A stretch of 64,000 nucleotides of DNA from an uncultured delta proteobacterium (GCA_963803975.1 CAWDOY010000003.1:192001-256000); one strand, 5' to 3'. Shown: positions 1 through 10,461, numbered from the stretch's first letter. Notes: generated by a model from the letters alone, not told the origin. Translations and numbers: made by a program.

Positions 1-1532
1 AGCAAAACCTACATGGCTGTTGCAGCAAGTAAATTCAAAACACCAGCTGAGATGGTTGCGGATGAAATTTCAAATCCTCTTCTTCAGTCACCTCGAACGG
101 ACATCGACTATATTATAATAACACACGAATTGTTTTTTGATGCCGTACAGGATTTGAAACAGTACCGGGAAGATAAAGGACACCGAGTTGAAGTCGTCAA
201 AATCCAGGATATCTATGATGAATTCTCCTATGGGATAAAAGACGCTCGCGCCATAAAGGACTTCTTAACGTACGCCTACAATAACTGGAACAGTACCGGT
301 CATCCCACCTATGTACTGCTGGTGGGTGATGCCAGTATTGACTACCGTGATGATACTGGTAATTTTGCCAAGGGTAATGTTGATTTTGTACCTACGTATC
401 TTATTCAGACTTTTACGCTCGGGGATACACCCACTGATAACTGGTTTGTTTGCGTAAATGGAACGGACCTTCTTCCTGATATGTTTATTGGGAGGATGTG
501 TGTCAAGACGGTAACTGATGTTACCAGTATTGTAAATAAGATAAAAGCATATGAGCAGGGCACTGCCGGCACGTGGACTAAAAAAGTTATTTTAGCATCA
601 GATAATGACACCGCTTTTGTTCAAGCTTCTGATGATCTAATAAAATTGCTGCCAGCCAATTATTCTGCAGAAAAGGTATATTTGAATGACTATGCTAATG
701 TAGAAGCTGCAACCAAGGATTTAGTGAACAAGATAAATGACGGCAGCCTGCTGACTAATTATACCGGTCATGGCTCTGTTGACAATTGGGCTGGAGAGTT
801 CCTTTTTCACACAACCGATGACAAGGATCAACTACCCCGCAATGATGTTGAACTGCTAACCAATGGGGACAAACTTACCTTCGTTATGACCCTGAACTGT
901 TTGAACGGGTTTTTCCCTAATTTTCTTGACAAATATTCACTTGCGGAGGAATTTGTACGGGCAGAAAATAAAGGCGCTGTTGCCTGTTTTGCTCCTACGG
1001 GCCTGGGTTTTACTTCTGAACATGAGGTGTTGGCTAACAAGATGTTTAACCTCCTGTTCACAGAGGGGATAAATGTCGCCGGTAATCTTGTTACGTCGGC
1101 GAAAATTGCCGCGTATACAGAGATACAAGCCTCTGATCTCGTTGAGACCTTCGTTCTTTTTGGTGACCCGGCCACGGAACTACAGACAACGTCTGTTTCA
1201 TCTGCAATTAAACTGCTCAGCCCCGAAGATGAAGCTGTGCTGCAAAGGTTTACCCGGTATACATTTACCTGGGACGATACCAAGAACATGGACAAGTATA
1301 AGCTGGAGTTTTCATCAGACCCGGCATTTCCGGTCAATAAGATTATGAGTGCTCCGTTATTAAAGGCCCAGTTTATCACCGCGAAGGAATATACGCCAAA
1401 CTTTTTATCAGGTTTATCCTCAACATTATGGGCATGCAGAATGAAAAATTATACTGGCGTGTCGTGAGTTACGGTAACGGAAACGAAATTCTGGAGTATT
1501 CTCAATACCGCTCATTCTCCATTAAAAAATAG
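1..1532 (+). CDS. Peptidase C25 (gingipain-family) cysteine peptidase, 5'-truncated by the window edge, probable frameshift near 1405
   Basis: Motifs DYIIIT, IYDEFS, YVLLVGD, IGR, catalytic His (YTGHGS) and Cys (TLNCLNG), and LFGDP. The frame is open back to base 1. A shifted frame after ctttttatc reads ...EKLYWRVVSYGNGNEILEYSQYRSFSIKK* to 1532. Confidence 0.85.
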
Positions 1533-1538
1533 ATTGCT

Positions 1539-2081
1539 ATGCAGGACGTTAAAGAGCAGTTCATAGAATTGTGGAAGAAAAGCGGCCAGGAGAAGATTTT
1601 TAAAATACGCGGAACCAGCATGCTGCCGCTTATCCGGGAAACAGATGCCATTGGCGTTATACCCATTCGGCAGACTGAAGAACTGTGCATCGGTGACATT
1701 GCCCTCTTTCAGAGGCCTACCGGGATGGTCGCACACAGAATTGTTGGTAAATTCAGGAAAGACAATATTACGTATCTCTACGAGAAAGGAGATCGAGGCG
1801 TCGTACCAACAACTATTTCCGGCGAGATGTTGATAGGAAAGGTGGTGCGGATTTACCGGCCGGGGAATACGATAGACTTGACCAGCAGTCTATGGCTGAT
1901 TACCAATCGCAGCGCCGGATATTACTGGTACTATCTTAATGCTGTTTTTAAGCTCTTCTCTATTAGTAAGAAAAAACTGTTCGGATCTAAAAAATTTCCG
2001 CACATGAGCTCTGCCTTCAGTAAAATCTACCTCTTGCTCAGCGCCCTCCCAAACTGGATGTTTCGCCGCAATAATAGGTAA
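1539..2081 (+). CDS. S24/S26 (signal-peptidase-like) family peptidase
   Basis: GTSMLP serine motif, VAHRIV and EKGD motifs. Confidence 0.75.
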   Translation: MQDVKEQFIELWKKSGQEKIFKIRGTSMLPLIRETDAIGVIPIRQTEELCIGDIALFQRPTGMVAHRIVGKFRKDNITYLYEKGDRGVVPTTISGEMLIGKVVRIYRPGNTIDLTSSLWLITNRSAGYYWYYLNAVFKLFSISKKKLFGSKKFPHMSSAFSKIYLLLSALPNWMFRRNNR

Positions 2082-2098
2082 CGGGTAACTTTAAATAA

Positions 2099-2923
2099 TT
2101 AATAGTGGGTAAGACTGCCATCACGCTTTGCCAGACGAATGGCATACTGGAAAGAATAGATGCTGACGGGCATGAGTATTGCGGTAAAAAGGAGCAAAGA
2201 AAATATGCTGGGTAGAAGATTGTAAAACGACGCGCCTTTGATCAGGGCAAGGCGCATCCCTTCCAATGAATACGTGATGGGAAGAAAATACGAAAAGGGT
2301 TTAAGCCAGGATGGAAGGATACTGACCGGATAATAGACGCCGCCCAGCAGCCAGCTGATACCATTAAAAATACTCGCCACCGGATCCCCCTTCTTCAACA
2401 CCATGACAAAACTCGCGGACAAAATTCCAAAGCTGCTGAAGGCTATTATTGATATTAATAAAATTACCACAGCGCCTGCATAATTAGCGCGGGAGAGATC
2501 AAGGCCATAGACAAAGACGCCTATAATAATGAAAATAATAACGCGCAGCGTGGTGAACAAAAAGCTGTAGACTGATGAAGAGATGATGATCGTTGGAATT
2601 TCAGTCTGTGTGACCAGCAGGGCTTCCAGCGTTCCCATAATCTGTCCCTCGCGAATGCTTTGTGACAGGCTGTTCAGAGACACGCTGAGATAATAATTGA
2701 AAGCTATCCCAATCAGCACAAAGGCAAAATAATCGCCCCCGTACTCGGCAAGCTGCGGCATCTGTGCAGTGCCGAGCAGTTTTGAAAGGAAAAAGAAAAC
2801 GCTGACATTGATGAAAATGCCGAAAACCTGCAGCAGAAAGGAAATCCGGTAGCTTATCTCGGTCTGAAAATCACGTTTTACAAAGGCAAAAAGCTTTTTT
2901 AAAAAAAGTATCATCTCCTGCAT
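2099..2923 (-). CDS. ABC-2 type exporter permease
   Basis: About six hydrophobic segments, GTLEALLVT, GVYYPVSILP, LPITY; follows the ABC ATPase. Confidence 0.85.
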   Translation of the reverse strand: MQEMILFLKKLFAFVKRDFQTEISYRISFLLQVFGIFINVSVFFFLSKLLGTAQMPQLAEYGGDYFAFVLIGIAFNYYLSVSLNSLSQSIREGQIMGTLEALLVTQTEIPTIIISSSVYSFLFTTLRVIIFIIIGVFVYGLDLSRANYAGAVVILLISIIAFSSFGILSASFVMVLKKGDPVASIFNGISWLLGGVYYPVSILPSWLKPFSYFLPITYSLEGMRLALIKGASFYNLLPSIFSLLLFTAILMPVSIYSFQYAIRLAKRDGSLTHY

Positions 2924-2926
2924 TGC

Positions 2927-3913
2927 TCACCTATCCTGAGTATCTTCGATTACCCGTGTAAATACGTCATCAAGAGAAATTGTTTGCAGCGTGCATTCTT
3001 CAACAGCTCCCTCGTGGCTGATAATGTCATGTATGACGTGCGCGATGTTTGTGGATTCTATGTAAAATGCAAGCGGTTCATCAGGAACCGGCAGTATGCG
3101 GTCGGCACTGGTAAGTGAGCCAAGATCAGTAAACCTTGAATTTCTGCTGAGCCGCAGGATATAGCTCCGGTCCGACTTTATCTGGGCCTTAATTGAATCG
3201 ATAGGTCCGCAGGTTTTAATTATCCCGTTATTGATAATGGCTACGTGGGTACAGAAATCTTCCGCCTCATAGAGATTATGTGTCGCCAGCAGGGCGGTCC
3301 GGTTGTGCTTGCAGACAATCTCTTCTTTTATGAATTTTCTCAAATGCCGTGCAGAAAGCGGGTCCAGGCTGCGGGTGGGCTCGTCCAGAAATATAATGGT
3401 AGGGTCAGACAGGAGCCCGCGGGCGATTGCCAGGCGCTGTTTCATCCCGGTAGAAAAGTCGCTGAACCGCATGTTTGGGTCATTATCAAGCTCGGTAATA
3501 TGCAGTACTTCATCAATACGTCGTTCCTTCTCAGGGGAGGAAAGATTATTAAGAGTGGCAAAGAATGCAAGATTCTGCCGGGCGGTAAGTCGCCAGTAAA
3601 AGCTGCGCTCGTCATTGACAACAAGGCCGATTGACTGCCGCACCTGCCGGTGCTGATGGACTACATCAAACCCATTGACGCAGGCTTTACCCGCTGTCGG
3701 CAGGACCAGCGTGGATAATATTTTAATGAGGGTTGTTTTGCCTGCCCCATTCGGCCCGAGCAGTCCAAAAAAGCTGCCCTGTTCAATTTTAAGATTAACA
3801 TCCTCCAGCGCTACGGTATACTGCTTTCTGAACGGGTGCAGCGCTAAATCCTTATAACCCTTAATCTTCGGATAGTGTTTCGTCAGATTGAAAGTTTCAA
3901 TTACAGCCGTCAT
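2927..3913 (-). CDS. ABC exporter ATP-binding protein
   Basis: Walker A GPNGAGKT, signature FSTGMKQR, Walker B IIFLDEP. Confidence 0.92.
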   Translation of the reverse strand: MTAVIETFNLTKHYPKIKGYKDLALHPFRKQYTVALEDVNLKIEQGSFFGLLGPNGAGKTTLIKILSTLVLPTAGKACVNGFDVVHQHRQVRQSIGLVVNDERSFYWRLTARQNLAFFATLNNLSSPEKERRIDEVLHITELDNDPNMRFSDFSTGMKQRLAIARGLLSDPTIIFLDEPTRSLDPLSARHLRKFIKEEIVCKHNRTALLATHNLYEAEDFCTHVAIINNGIIKTCGPIDSIKAQIKSDRSYILRLSRNSRFTDLGSLTSADRILPVPDEPLAFYIESTNIAHVIHDIISHEGAVEECTLQTISLDDVFTRVIEDTQDR

Positions 3914-4150
3914 AAAGCGAAATGCTGTACAGGTTAATAAAAAGGGGATAAATTAAATTCGTATATCAGGAACTAACGGAGGAAATGGTTATGCTCATCT
4001 GTTTGTCTTTGCACTATTGTATGTAAAACTATCATGTTTTCAAGCAAAATTATAGAAATATCTTGCAGTTAGTAGGTTATTTCGTTATATATTTTTAGCT
4101 GTTGAACAGATCTGCCGGATAAAAACTTATTTTCTGCAACTAAACCACTT

Positions 4151-6454
4151 ATGAACAGTGAAGTGACACCAGGACCAATACTTCCCCAGGGCAGCAACGG
4201 GCAGCTCAGGGAACAGACGCGGCGCAAACGCGAGCGCCTGATTATTTTAATAGTGGTGGTTCTTGTGGTGCTGCTCACTTTTTTACTCACCTATGTTTCG
4301 GGCCTTGAAGGAGAGATTCTGAAGCTGCAGAACTTTCTGGTGTTTGGCCTCATTAACATCAATGCAATTCTGCTGCTGCTGCTGGTGTTCCTGGTTGTCA
4401 GAAATATCGTAAAACTTTTTTTTGAACGCAGGCGGGGAATTCTCGGCTCTAAGCTGAGGACCAAGCTGGTCGCATCATTTGTGGGGCTGTCGCTGGTACC
4501 GACGCTGCTGCTGTTCTGGGTTGCCATCGGTTTTATTACCAACACCATTGAAAACTGGTTCAGCTTTGAAGTGGAGAGTTCCCTTGAAGAGTCGCTCGAT
4601 GTCACCCAGGTCTATTATAAACGCGCTGCCGACAATGCCCTCCATCTGGCCAGGCAGATAAGTAAGACCATAAATGAAGAGGGGCTGCTGAACGATAAAA
4701 AGCTCGGCGATCTTAAACGCAAAGTAGCTGAGAAGCAGTATGAATACAACCTGGCGATGGTAGAGGTTTATTCAGCACAGGGCAGGGAACTGGCACGCTC
4801 AGCTGATCCGAATATACCGGAACTTAAATACCTTGATCCGGATGCTGCGTTTGCCCAGGAGTCTGCCCAGGGAAAGGAATTGACGCGCATTCAGCCGGTG
4901 GGCGCAGGGGATATCATCCGGGGAATTGTCCCCGTCTATGCAGCAAGCACCCCCGGGTATGTCAACGGTATACTAGCCGTCAGCTATTACGTACCGGAGA
5001 GCCTGGTGTCACGGGTCGAGAAGATATCCTCAGCATTCCAGGAGTACAAGCAGCTCAAGCTTTATAAAAAACCCATAAAGCTTATTTACATCATTATGCT
5101 TTCGGTCATTACCCTGCTGATTATTTTTTCCGCAACCTGGTTTGGATTTCACCTTTCAAAAGTGCTTACCGGCCCCATAGGTGCGCTTGCCGAAGCAACC
5201 GAACAAATTGCTCATGGAAATCTCGATGTGCAGATTGTCCCGACGACAGATGATGAAATGGGAAGTTTAGTAAAGTCTTTTAACAAGATGACCATAGACC
5301 TTAAGGTGAGTAAAGAGCAGATTGAAACTGCAAACATAGACTTGAAGGATAAAAACCAGGAGCTTGACCAGCGTCGCAGCTATATGGAAATTGTCCTCAA
5401 TAATGTAGCTGCCGGTGTATTGTCAGTGAACCGGGAGAATATTATTACCACCTTTAATAAATCGGCAGGGAAAATATTAAATCTGCATATGCAGAACGCT
5501 ATCGGGAGCCCCTATCAGCAGGTTCTGGCCCCGGAGCCGCTCAAGGAACTCCGCAGTCTTATACAGGAAATAAACCGCTCTGGTCTGAGCACGACCGTGC
5601 AACAGATACGTCTTTCTTTTCCCGATAAGGCCACTCATCTGCTGGTTCGGGCCACTATTCTGCGGGATGAAACAGGGGATTACCTGGGAGTGGTTCTGGT
5701 GGCTGAAGATGTCACCGATCTGCAGCTTGCTCAGCGTGCCTACGCCTGGAAAGAGGTTGCCCGCAGAATAGCCCACGAAGTAAAAAATCCGCTCACGCCG
5801 ATAAAGCTGTCTGCCCAGCGGCTGCGCAAAAAGTTTCTCGCGCACATACCGGCTGATGATACGGTGTTTGATGAATGCACCAGGACCATTATAAATCAGG
5901 TGGATGAATTAAAAACGCTGGTAAATGAATTTTCAAACTTTGCCCGTATGCCGGCGACCAACCCGGTGCCGAATGACCTGCATCTGATCATTGATGAAAC
6001 CATGATGCTGTATAAGGAGGCACATAAGAAGATAACCTTTGAGATTACCCGGGATCCTGCAGTTCCGCTTCTCATCATCGATCGAGAGCAGATGAAGCGG
6101 GCACTAATCAATATCCTTGACAATGCCATACACGCAATGGAAAATGAAGGGCGGATTACTATTATCACCGCCTACAACAAAATTCTTGAGATGGTGACCC
6201 TGGAAATTGCCGATACCGGCTGCGGTATACCGCCCGAAATCAAGCACAAGCTGTTTGAGCCCTATTTTTCAACCAAAAAGAGCGGCACCGGCCTGGGCTT
6301 GGCAATTGTTAATACCATCATCTCAGACCATAACGGGTATATAAGGATTCGCGATAACGAGCCGCGGGGTACCCGCTTTATTATTGAACTGCCGGCCCAT
6401 ATCGATGAAACTGCCGTTTATCCTGATTCCGAGAGACTTCATCCGGAGATATGA
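4151..6454 (+). CDS. ntrY: NtrY-like membrane sensor histidine kinase (TM, periplasmic, HAMP, PAS, HisKA, HATPase)
   Basis: H-box WKEVARRIAHEVKNPLTPIKLSAQRL typical of NtrY, N-box NILDNA, G-boxes DTGCGI, FSTK and GTGLGL, N-terminal TM helices. Confidence 0.88.
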   Translation: MNSEVTPGPILPQGSNGQLREQTRRKRERLIILIVVVLVVLLTFLLTYVSGLEGEILKLQNFLVFGLININAILLLLLVFLVVRNIVKLFFERRRGILGSKLRTKLVASFVGLSLVPTLLLFWVAIGFITNTIENWFSFEVESSLEESLDVTQVYYKRAADNALHLARQISKTINEEGLLNDKKLGDLKRKVAEKQYEYNLAMVEVYSAQGRELARSADPNIPELKYLDPDAAFAQESAQGKELTRIQPVGAGDIIRGIVPVYAASTPGYVNGILAVSYYVPESLVSRVEKISSAFQEYKQLKLYKKPIKLIYIIMLSVITLLIIFSATWFGFHLSKVLTGPIGALAEATEQIAHGNLDVQIVPTTDDEMGSLVKSFNKMTIDLKVSKEQIETANIDLKDKNQELDQRRSYMEIVLNNVAAGVLSVNRENIITTFNKSAGKILNLHMQNAIGSPYQQVLAPEPLKELRSLIQEINRSGLSTTVQQIRLSFPDKATHLLVRATILRDETGDYLGVVLVAEDVTDLQLAQRAYAWKEVARRIAHEVKNPLTPIKLSAQRLRKKFLAHIPADDTVFDECTRTIINQVDELKTLVNEFSNFARMPATNPVPNDLHLIIDETMMLYKEAHKKITFEITRDPAVPLLIIDREQMKRALINILDNAIHAMENEGRITIITAYNKILEMVTLEIADTGCGIPPEIKHKLFEPYFSTKKSGTGLGLAIVNTIISDHNGYIRIRDNEPRGTRFIIELPAHIDETAVYPDSERLHPEI

Positions 6455-6511
6455 TGTCAGGGATCGGAGACGGAAGACCGGCGGCACTAATGCAGTGAAG
6501 GATAATAAACG

Positions 6512-8701
6512 GTGAAAAAACCAACCATACTTCTGGTAGATGACGAAGAAGCAATCATAAAATCGCTGTCCGGCAGCCTTGAGGATGAAGGATATGCGCT
6601 GTTGACCGCACAGGACGGAAACGCTGCCATGGAGATAATTAAGACGCAGCCGGTGGACATAGTATTTCTTGATATATGGCTGCCCAGCATGGACGGCCTG
6701 GAAACGCTCAAGGCAATTAAAGAGTATGATCCGTCCCTGGAAATTATCATGATGACCGGTCACGGCACGGTCAATACAGCGGTGCAGGCGGTTAAGCTGG
6801 GAGCGTTTGACTTTCTGGAAAAGCCTTTTTCCCTGGACACTGCCCTGGACATAATAAAAAAAATACAGGGCAAGCGGCAGATTTCCATGAAGACCATGCG
6901 CTATTATGAATCCATTAAACCTGACCGCAGGAAAGTTTTAATCGGTGACAGTCCCGACGCGATTGCCATACGGGACCTCGTTACCTCGTGCGCTGCAACC
7001 GGTGAGCATATTTTAATCCAGGGGGAAACCGGGGCCGGAAAAGAACTTGTTGCGCGGCTTATTCACTTCTCTTCCAGCCGGAAAGAAAGCCCCCTGCTCA
7101 AGTTTAACTGCGCAGCATTCAATGCTGAAGAGATCGAGCGTGAATTGTTCGGTTTTAATGATCCAGAAAATACCGGGATACGGAAAGAAGGTGCTTTGCT
7201 CAGGGCCGGACAGGGGACTCTTTTTATAAAGGCAATCGATCTCATGCCAATGCCGGCACAGCTCAGATTGGCACAGGGTAGTAAGGACCGCTCTTCGCAG
7301 AGTTCAATGCCCCGGATTATTGCTTCTTCCATCAAAGACCCCGACGTTGAATGCAGTGAAGGCCGGCTGCACCGGGAGCTCCTTGCCTGCTTCAATGCGG
7401 AAATGCTCAGGATGCCCCCGCTGCGGAATCGCAGCGGGGATATAGCAGTGCTGCTTAAATATTTTCTGAAATATTTTTGCGAAGAGTACGGGCAGAAAGA
7501 AAAGGCGTTCGAGGATGAAGCTTTTGAGACGCTGATTAACTATGACTGGCCGGGAAATGTCAAGGAACTGAAAAACATGGTAGAAAAAATTGTTGTTTCG
7601 GTTCCTACCAAAAGCATTACCGTGAATGACCTGCCGCAATCGCTGCGCACGGAGATGGAAAACAGTGCTGATCAGCAGTACCTGCGGTACGATACGCTGC
7701 AGGAAGCAGAAAATGCCTGGCGCAAGAACTATCTGCTGTATCATCTGCGCAGAAATAACCGTAACATAGCTGCAACGGCACAGCATCTCCACCTCGGGGA
7801 AGACACCCTGCGCTCATATATTAAACAGTACGGCATTACCCTCATCAGCGGCAGACGGCGCGAGCATAACTATCAGCGCACCCTGAAGCGCAGCATGGTG
7901 CTCAGCGGCCGGGGTCTCCACTCAGGCATCAAGACCGGTCTCATACTGTCGCCGCTGCCTCCAAACAGCGGCATAGTATTCGGCAACATATCCGATGGTT
8001 CAACGATTCCGGCGCATCTTGATTTTGTTGAATCTACTGAGTATGCAACGTCCCTGCGCAAGGGAAACACGCGGGCCAGCACCATAGAGCATGTCCTTGC
8101 TACCCTGCACGCCTACCGCATCAGCAACCTGCTCATAAAAATTAACAATGAAGTGCCCATCATGGACGGCTCAGCGACTGATTTCTGCCAGCTGCTTGAG
8201 GATGCCGGCATTGAAGAACAGGATGCAGAGATTGATGAAATCATTATCTCAGACCGTTACACGATTGGCGAAGTTGCAGCGGACAGAAAGTTCATGGTTG
8301 TTGAACCCTGTGACACCCTGACCATACACTACACGCTTGACTATCCCAGCCCGGTTGGCCGCCAGGAATATACCTTTGTGCTGGAAAATGAGCAGGCATT
8401 CAAAGAACAGATTGCTCCTGCCCGGACCTTCGGCTTTTTAAAAGACATCGAGGCGCTGGAAAAGAAGGGGCTTGCCAGCGGCGGGCGTCTCAATAATTTT
8501 ATACTCATTGATGATGAAAAGATAATTAACACGGAGCTCCGGTTCCCCGATGAATTTGTGCGTCACAAAATACTGGACCTCATGGGAGACCTCTATCTGC
8601 TCGGTCATCCAATAAGAGGTAAAATTACCGCTAACATGACCGGACACACGCAGAACTGCGCGCTGCTTCACCTCCTCCGTGAAAATATCCAGCTCAATTA
8701 G
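6512..8701 (+). CDS. lpxC: Fusion of an NtrX-like response regulator (REC, degenerate sigma54-type AAA+, Fis-like HTH) with UDP-3-O-acyl-GlcNAc deacetylase LpxC
   Basis: REC with LVDDE, FLDIWLP (D54), TGHG, EKP. AAA+ with GETGAGKE and WPGNVKEL. From about 7874: QRTL, GRGLHSG, STIEHVL, EVPIMDGS, IAPARTFGF, RHKILD, GH, which are the LpxC zinc/catalytic motifs. One uninterrupted ORF. Confidence 0.9.
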   Translation: MKKPTILLVDDEEAIIKSLSGSLEDEGYALLTAQDGNAAMEIIKTQPVDIVFLDIWLPSMDGLETLKAIKEYDPSLEIIMMTGHGTVNTAVQAVKLGAFDFLEKPFSLDTALDIIKKIQGKRQISMKTMRYYESIKPDRRKVLIGDSPDAIAIRDLVTSCAATGEHILIQGETGAGKELVARLIHFSSSRKESPLLKFNCAAFNAEEIERELFGFNDPENTGIRKEGALLRAGQGTLFIKAIDLMPMPAQLRLAQGSKDRSSQSSMPRIIASSIKDPDVECSEGRLHRELLACFNAEMLRMPPLRNRSGDIAVLLKYFLKYFCEEYGQKEKAFEDEAFETLINYDWPGNVKELKNMVEKIVVSVPTKSITVNDLPQSLRTEMENSADQQYLRYDTLQEAENAWRKNYLLYHLRRNNRNIAATAQHLHLGEDTLRSYIKQYGITLISGRRREHNYQRTLKRSMVLSGRGLHSGIKTGLILSPLPPNSGIVFGNISDGSTIPAHLDFVESTEYATSLRKGNTRASTIEHVLATLHAYRISNLLIKINNEVPIMDGSATDFCQLLEDAGIEEQDAEIDEIIISDRYTIGEVAADRKFMVVEPCDTLTIHYTLDYPSPVGRQEYTFVLENEQAFKEQIAPARTFGFLKDIEALEKKGLASGGRLNNFILIDDEKIINTELRFPDEFVRHKILDLMGDLYLLGHPIRGKITANMTGHTQNCALLHLLRENIQLN

Positions 8702-8787
8702 AAAGCTCTTTAGAATCAGCTTTCAGTTTTCAGCACCTACTGTCGCATGATAAAAGAGCGCAAGCGCGTGAGGGTATTACGAATACT

Positions 8788-9315
8788 ATGAGCGAAAGAG
8801 GATACGTTCACGTATACACGGGAAACGGCAAGGGCAAAACGACCGCTGCCCTGGGGCTCGCATTCCGTGCCAGGGGACGGGGCATGCGCTCATATATAGC
8901 GCAGTTTATGAAAGGAGTTGCATACGGGGAGGTCGAGGCGGCAGCGCAGGTTGCCCCGTGGATCATCATTGAGCAGTTTGGCCGTGACATCCGGGACTGC
9001 GTCAATGCGCAGTATGCTGATACAGATGTCACGATGGCCCGCACTGGCTTGAAAAAGGCGGAGCAGGAAATGCTCTCAGGCACGTACCGGATTGTGATAC
9101 TTGATGAAATAAACGTTGCCCTGTACTATAACCTGGTTACCATTCAAGAGGTGCTGCATTTTATACGTAAAAAGCCCTGTGAGGTAGAACTCATACTGAC
9201 CGGGAGATATGCACCTGAAGAGGTACTGAAAGCTGCCGACCTGGTTTCAGAAGTTGTTGAGATCAAGCACTATTTTCAGCAGGGCATTCTGGCGCGGGAT
9301 GGAATAGAGCGTTAA
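8788..9315 (+). CDS. cobO: Cob(I)yrinic acid a,c-diamide adenosyltransferase (CobO/BtuR family)
   Basis: VYTGNGKGKTTAALG, QFMKG, ILDEI, LTGR, ADLVSE. Confidence 0.9.
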   Translation: MSERGYVHVYTGNGKGKTTAALGLAFRARGRGMRSYIAQFMKGVAYGEVEAAAQVAPWIIIEQFGRDIRDCVNAQYADTDVTMARTGLKKAEQEMLSGTYRIVILDEINVALYYNLVTIQEVLHFIRKKPCEVELILTGRYAPEEVLKAADLVSEVVEIKHYFQQGILARDGIER

Positions 9316-9380
9316 ATCCCTCCTGGCCTCCCCTTTAAAAAGGGAGGGAAATTATATTTCTTTGGAAAGGGGGGTTGAGG
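9316..9380. repeat. C-rich/G-rich REP-like hairpin element
   Basis: aatccctcctggcctcccctttaaaaagggaggg...ctttggaaaggggggttgagg; a similar element lies at 38621-38664. Confidence 0.55.
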
Positions 9381-9425
9381 AAAATTATCCATGTAACGAA
9401 TAATATTTTAAGAGAAGGGATTTTC

Positions 9426-10082
9426 ATGAAAGTTAACACGATTTTGAATACTGCCTCTCACCGTGAGCTGGAACAGCTTGAAAATAAAACACGCCTTCTC
9501 CTGGTACGCCATGGCGAGCTGGTAACCTCCCGTGAATGGCGGTACGTGGGACATCTTGATGTAGAGCTCAATGAGATTGGAATCGAGCAGATGCAGCGGG
9601 CAGGAGAGCGACTGAAGAGCGAGCAGGTTGACGTTCTTCTGTCAAGTGATCTTAAAAGGACCAGGAAAGGTGCTGAGATTATCGGGACCATGCTGGGACT
9701 TACTCCGCAGTCCCACAGAGAATTCAGGGAAATCAGTTTAGGACAGTGGGAGGGGTTGACCCGTGATGAGATTGCAGCACAGTTCCCTGAAGACTTTGAA
9801 GAGCGGTCAAAGGATCTCCCGCATTACCGAATTAAGAATGGAGAAAGTTTTACTGATTTAAAGAAGCGGGTCATAAAGAAACTGGAACAGACCCTGGATG
9901 AACACCAGGGGAAACGTATCGCTTTAATTGCGCACGGGGGAGTAAATAGAATTATTCTCACGCATGTTCTGGGCATGGACTTATCTCATCTCACGCGCCT
10001 TGACCAGGCATACGGCTGCCTCAATATCATCGACTACTTTGACGGCATGCCAGTGGTGCGGCTTGTCAACAGCACCCCCTAA
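9426..10082 (+). CDS. cobC: Histidine phosphatase, probable alpha-ribazole phosphatase
   Basis: LVRHGE, SSDLKR, GES, AHGGVNR motifs; directly after cobO; ATG at 9426 with a purine-rich RBS. Confidence 0.72.
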   Translation: MKVNTILNTASHRELEQLENKTRLLLVRHGELVTSREWRYVGHLDVELNEIGIEQMQRAGERLKSEQVDVLLSSDLKRTRKGAEIIGTMLGLTPQSHREFREISLGQWEGLTRDEIAAQFPEDFEERSKDLPHYRIKNGESFTDLKKRVIKKLEQTLDEHQGKRIALIAHGGVNRIILTHVLGMDLSHLTRLDQAYGCLNIIDYFDGMPVVRLVNSTP

Positions 10083-10461
10083 GCATCTTCATCACCACCG
10101 CCGTTATCGTCATCCTGCTTCACAATAGACAGCACCGGCCGTGTCCCCCTTTTTTTAGCGGCTGCTTCTGCAGACCCATATCAATGGCAATCATGAAATG
10201 CTCTTCTCCGTTGATAGTGAACAGCTCACCATTCATTTGTGGAGTGCGCAGAATCCAGGTAATGTCAACCGGCGGCATTACCAGGAGCTTAAAGCTTACA
10301 TCCCACCATTCCTTTTTAACATTTGGCTTAATGTCCAGCACCACCCCGTAGAACAGGCCGGGCTTCATCCCCACCAGAACGACATCACCAGCCGCAGTGC
10401 TTTCCTTGAACGTAATCTTCTTCCTCAGCTCAGCCAGCATTTCTTCAAGAGTCATATACAT
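10079..10461 (-). CDS. Hypothetical protein, probable frameshift near the C-terminus
   Basis: 113-aa ORF with RBS (aaagga). A shifted frame at the A/G homopolymers gives ...TRPVLSIVKQDDDNGGGDEDA* ending at 10079. Confidence 0.6.
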
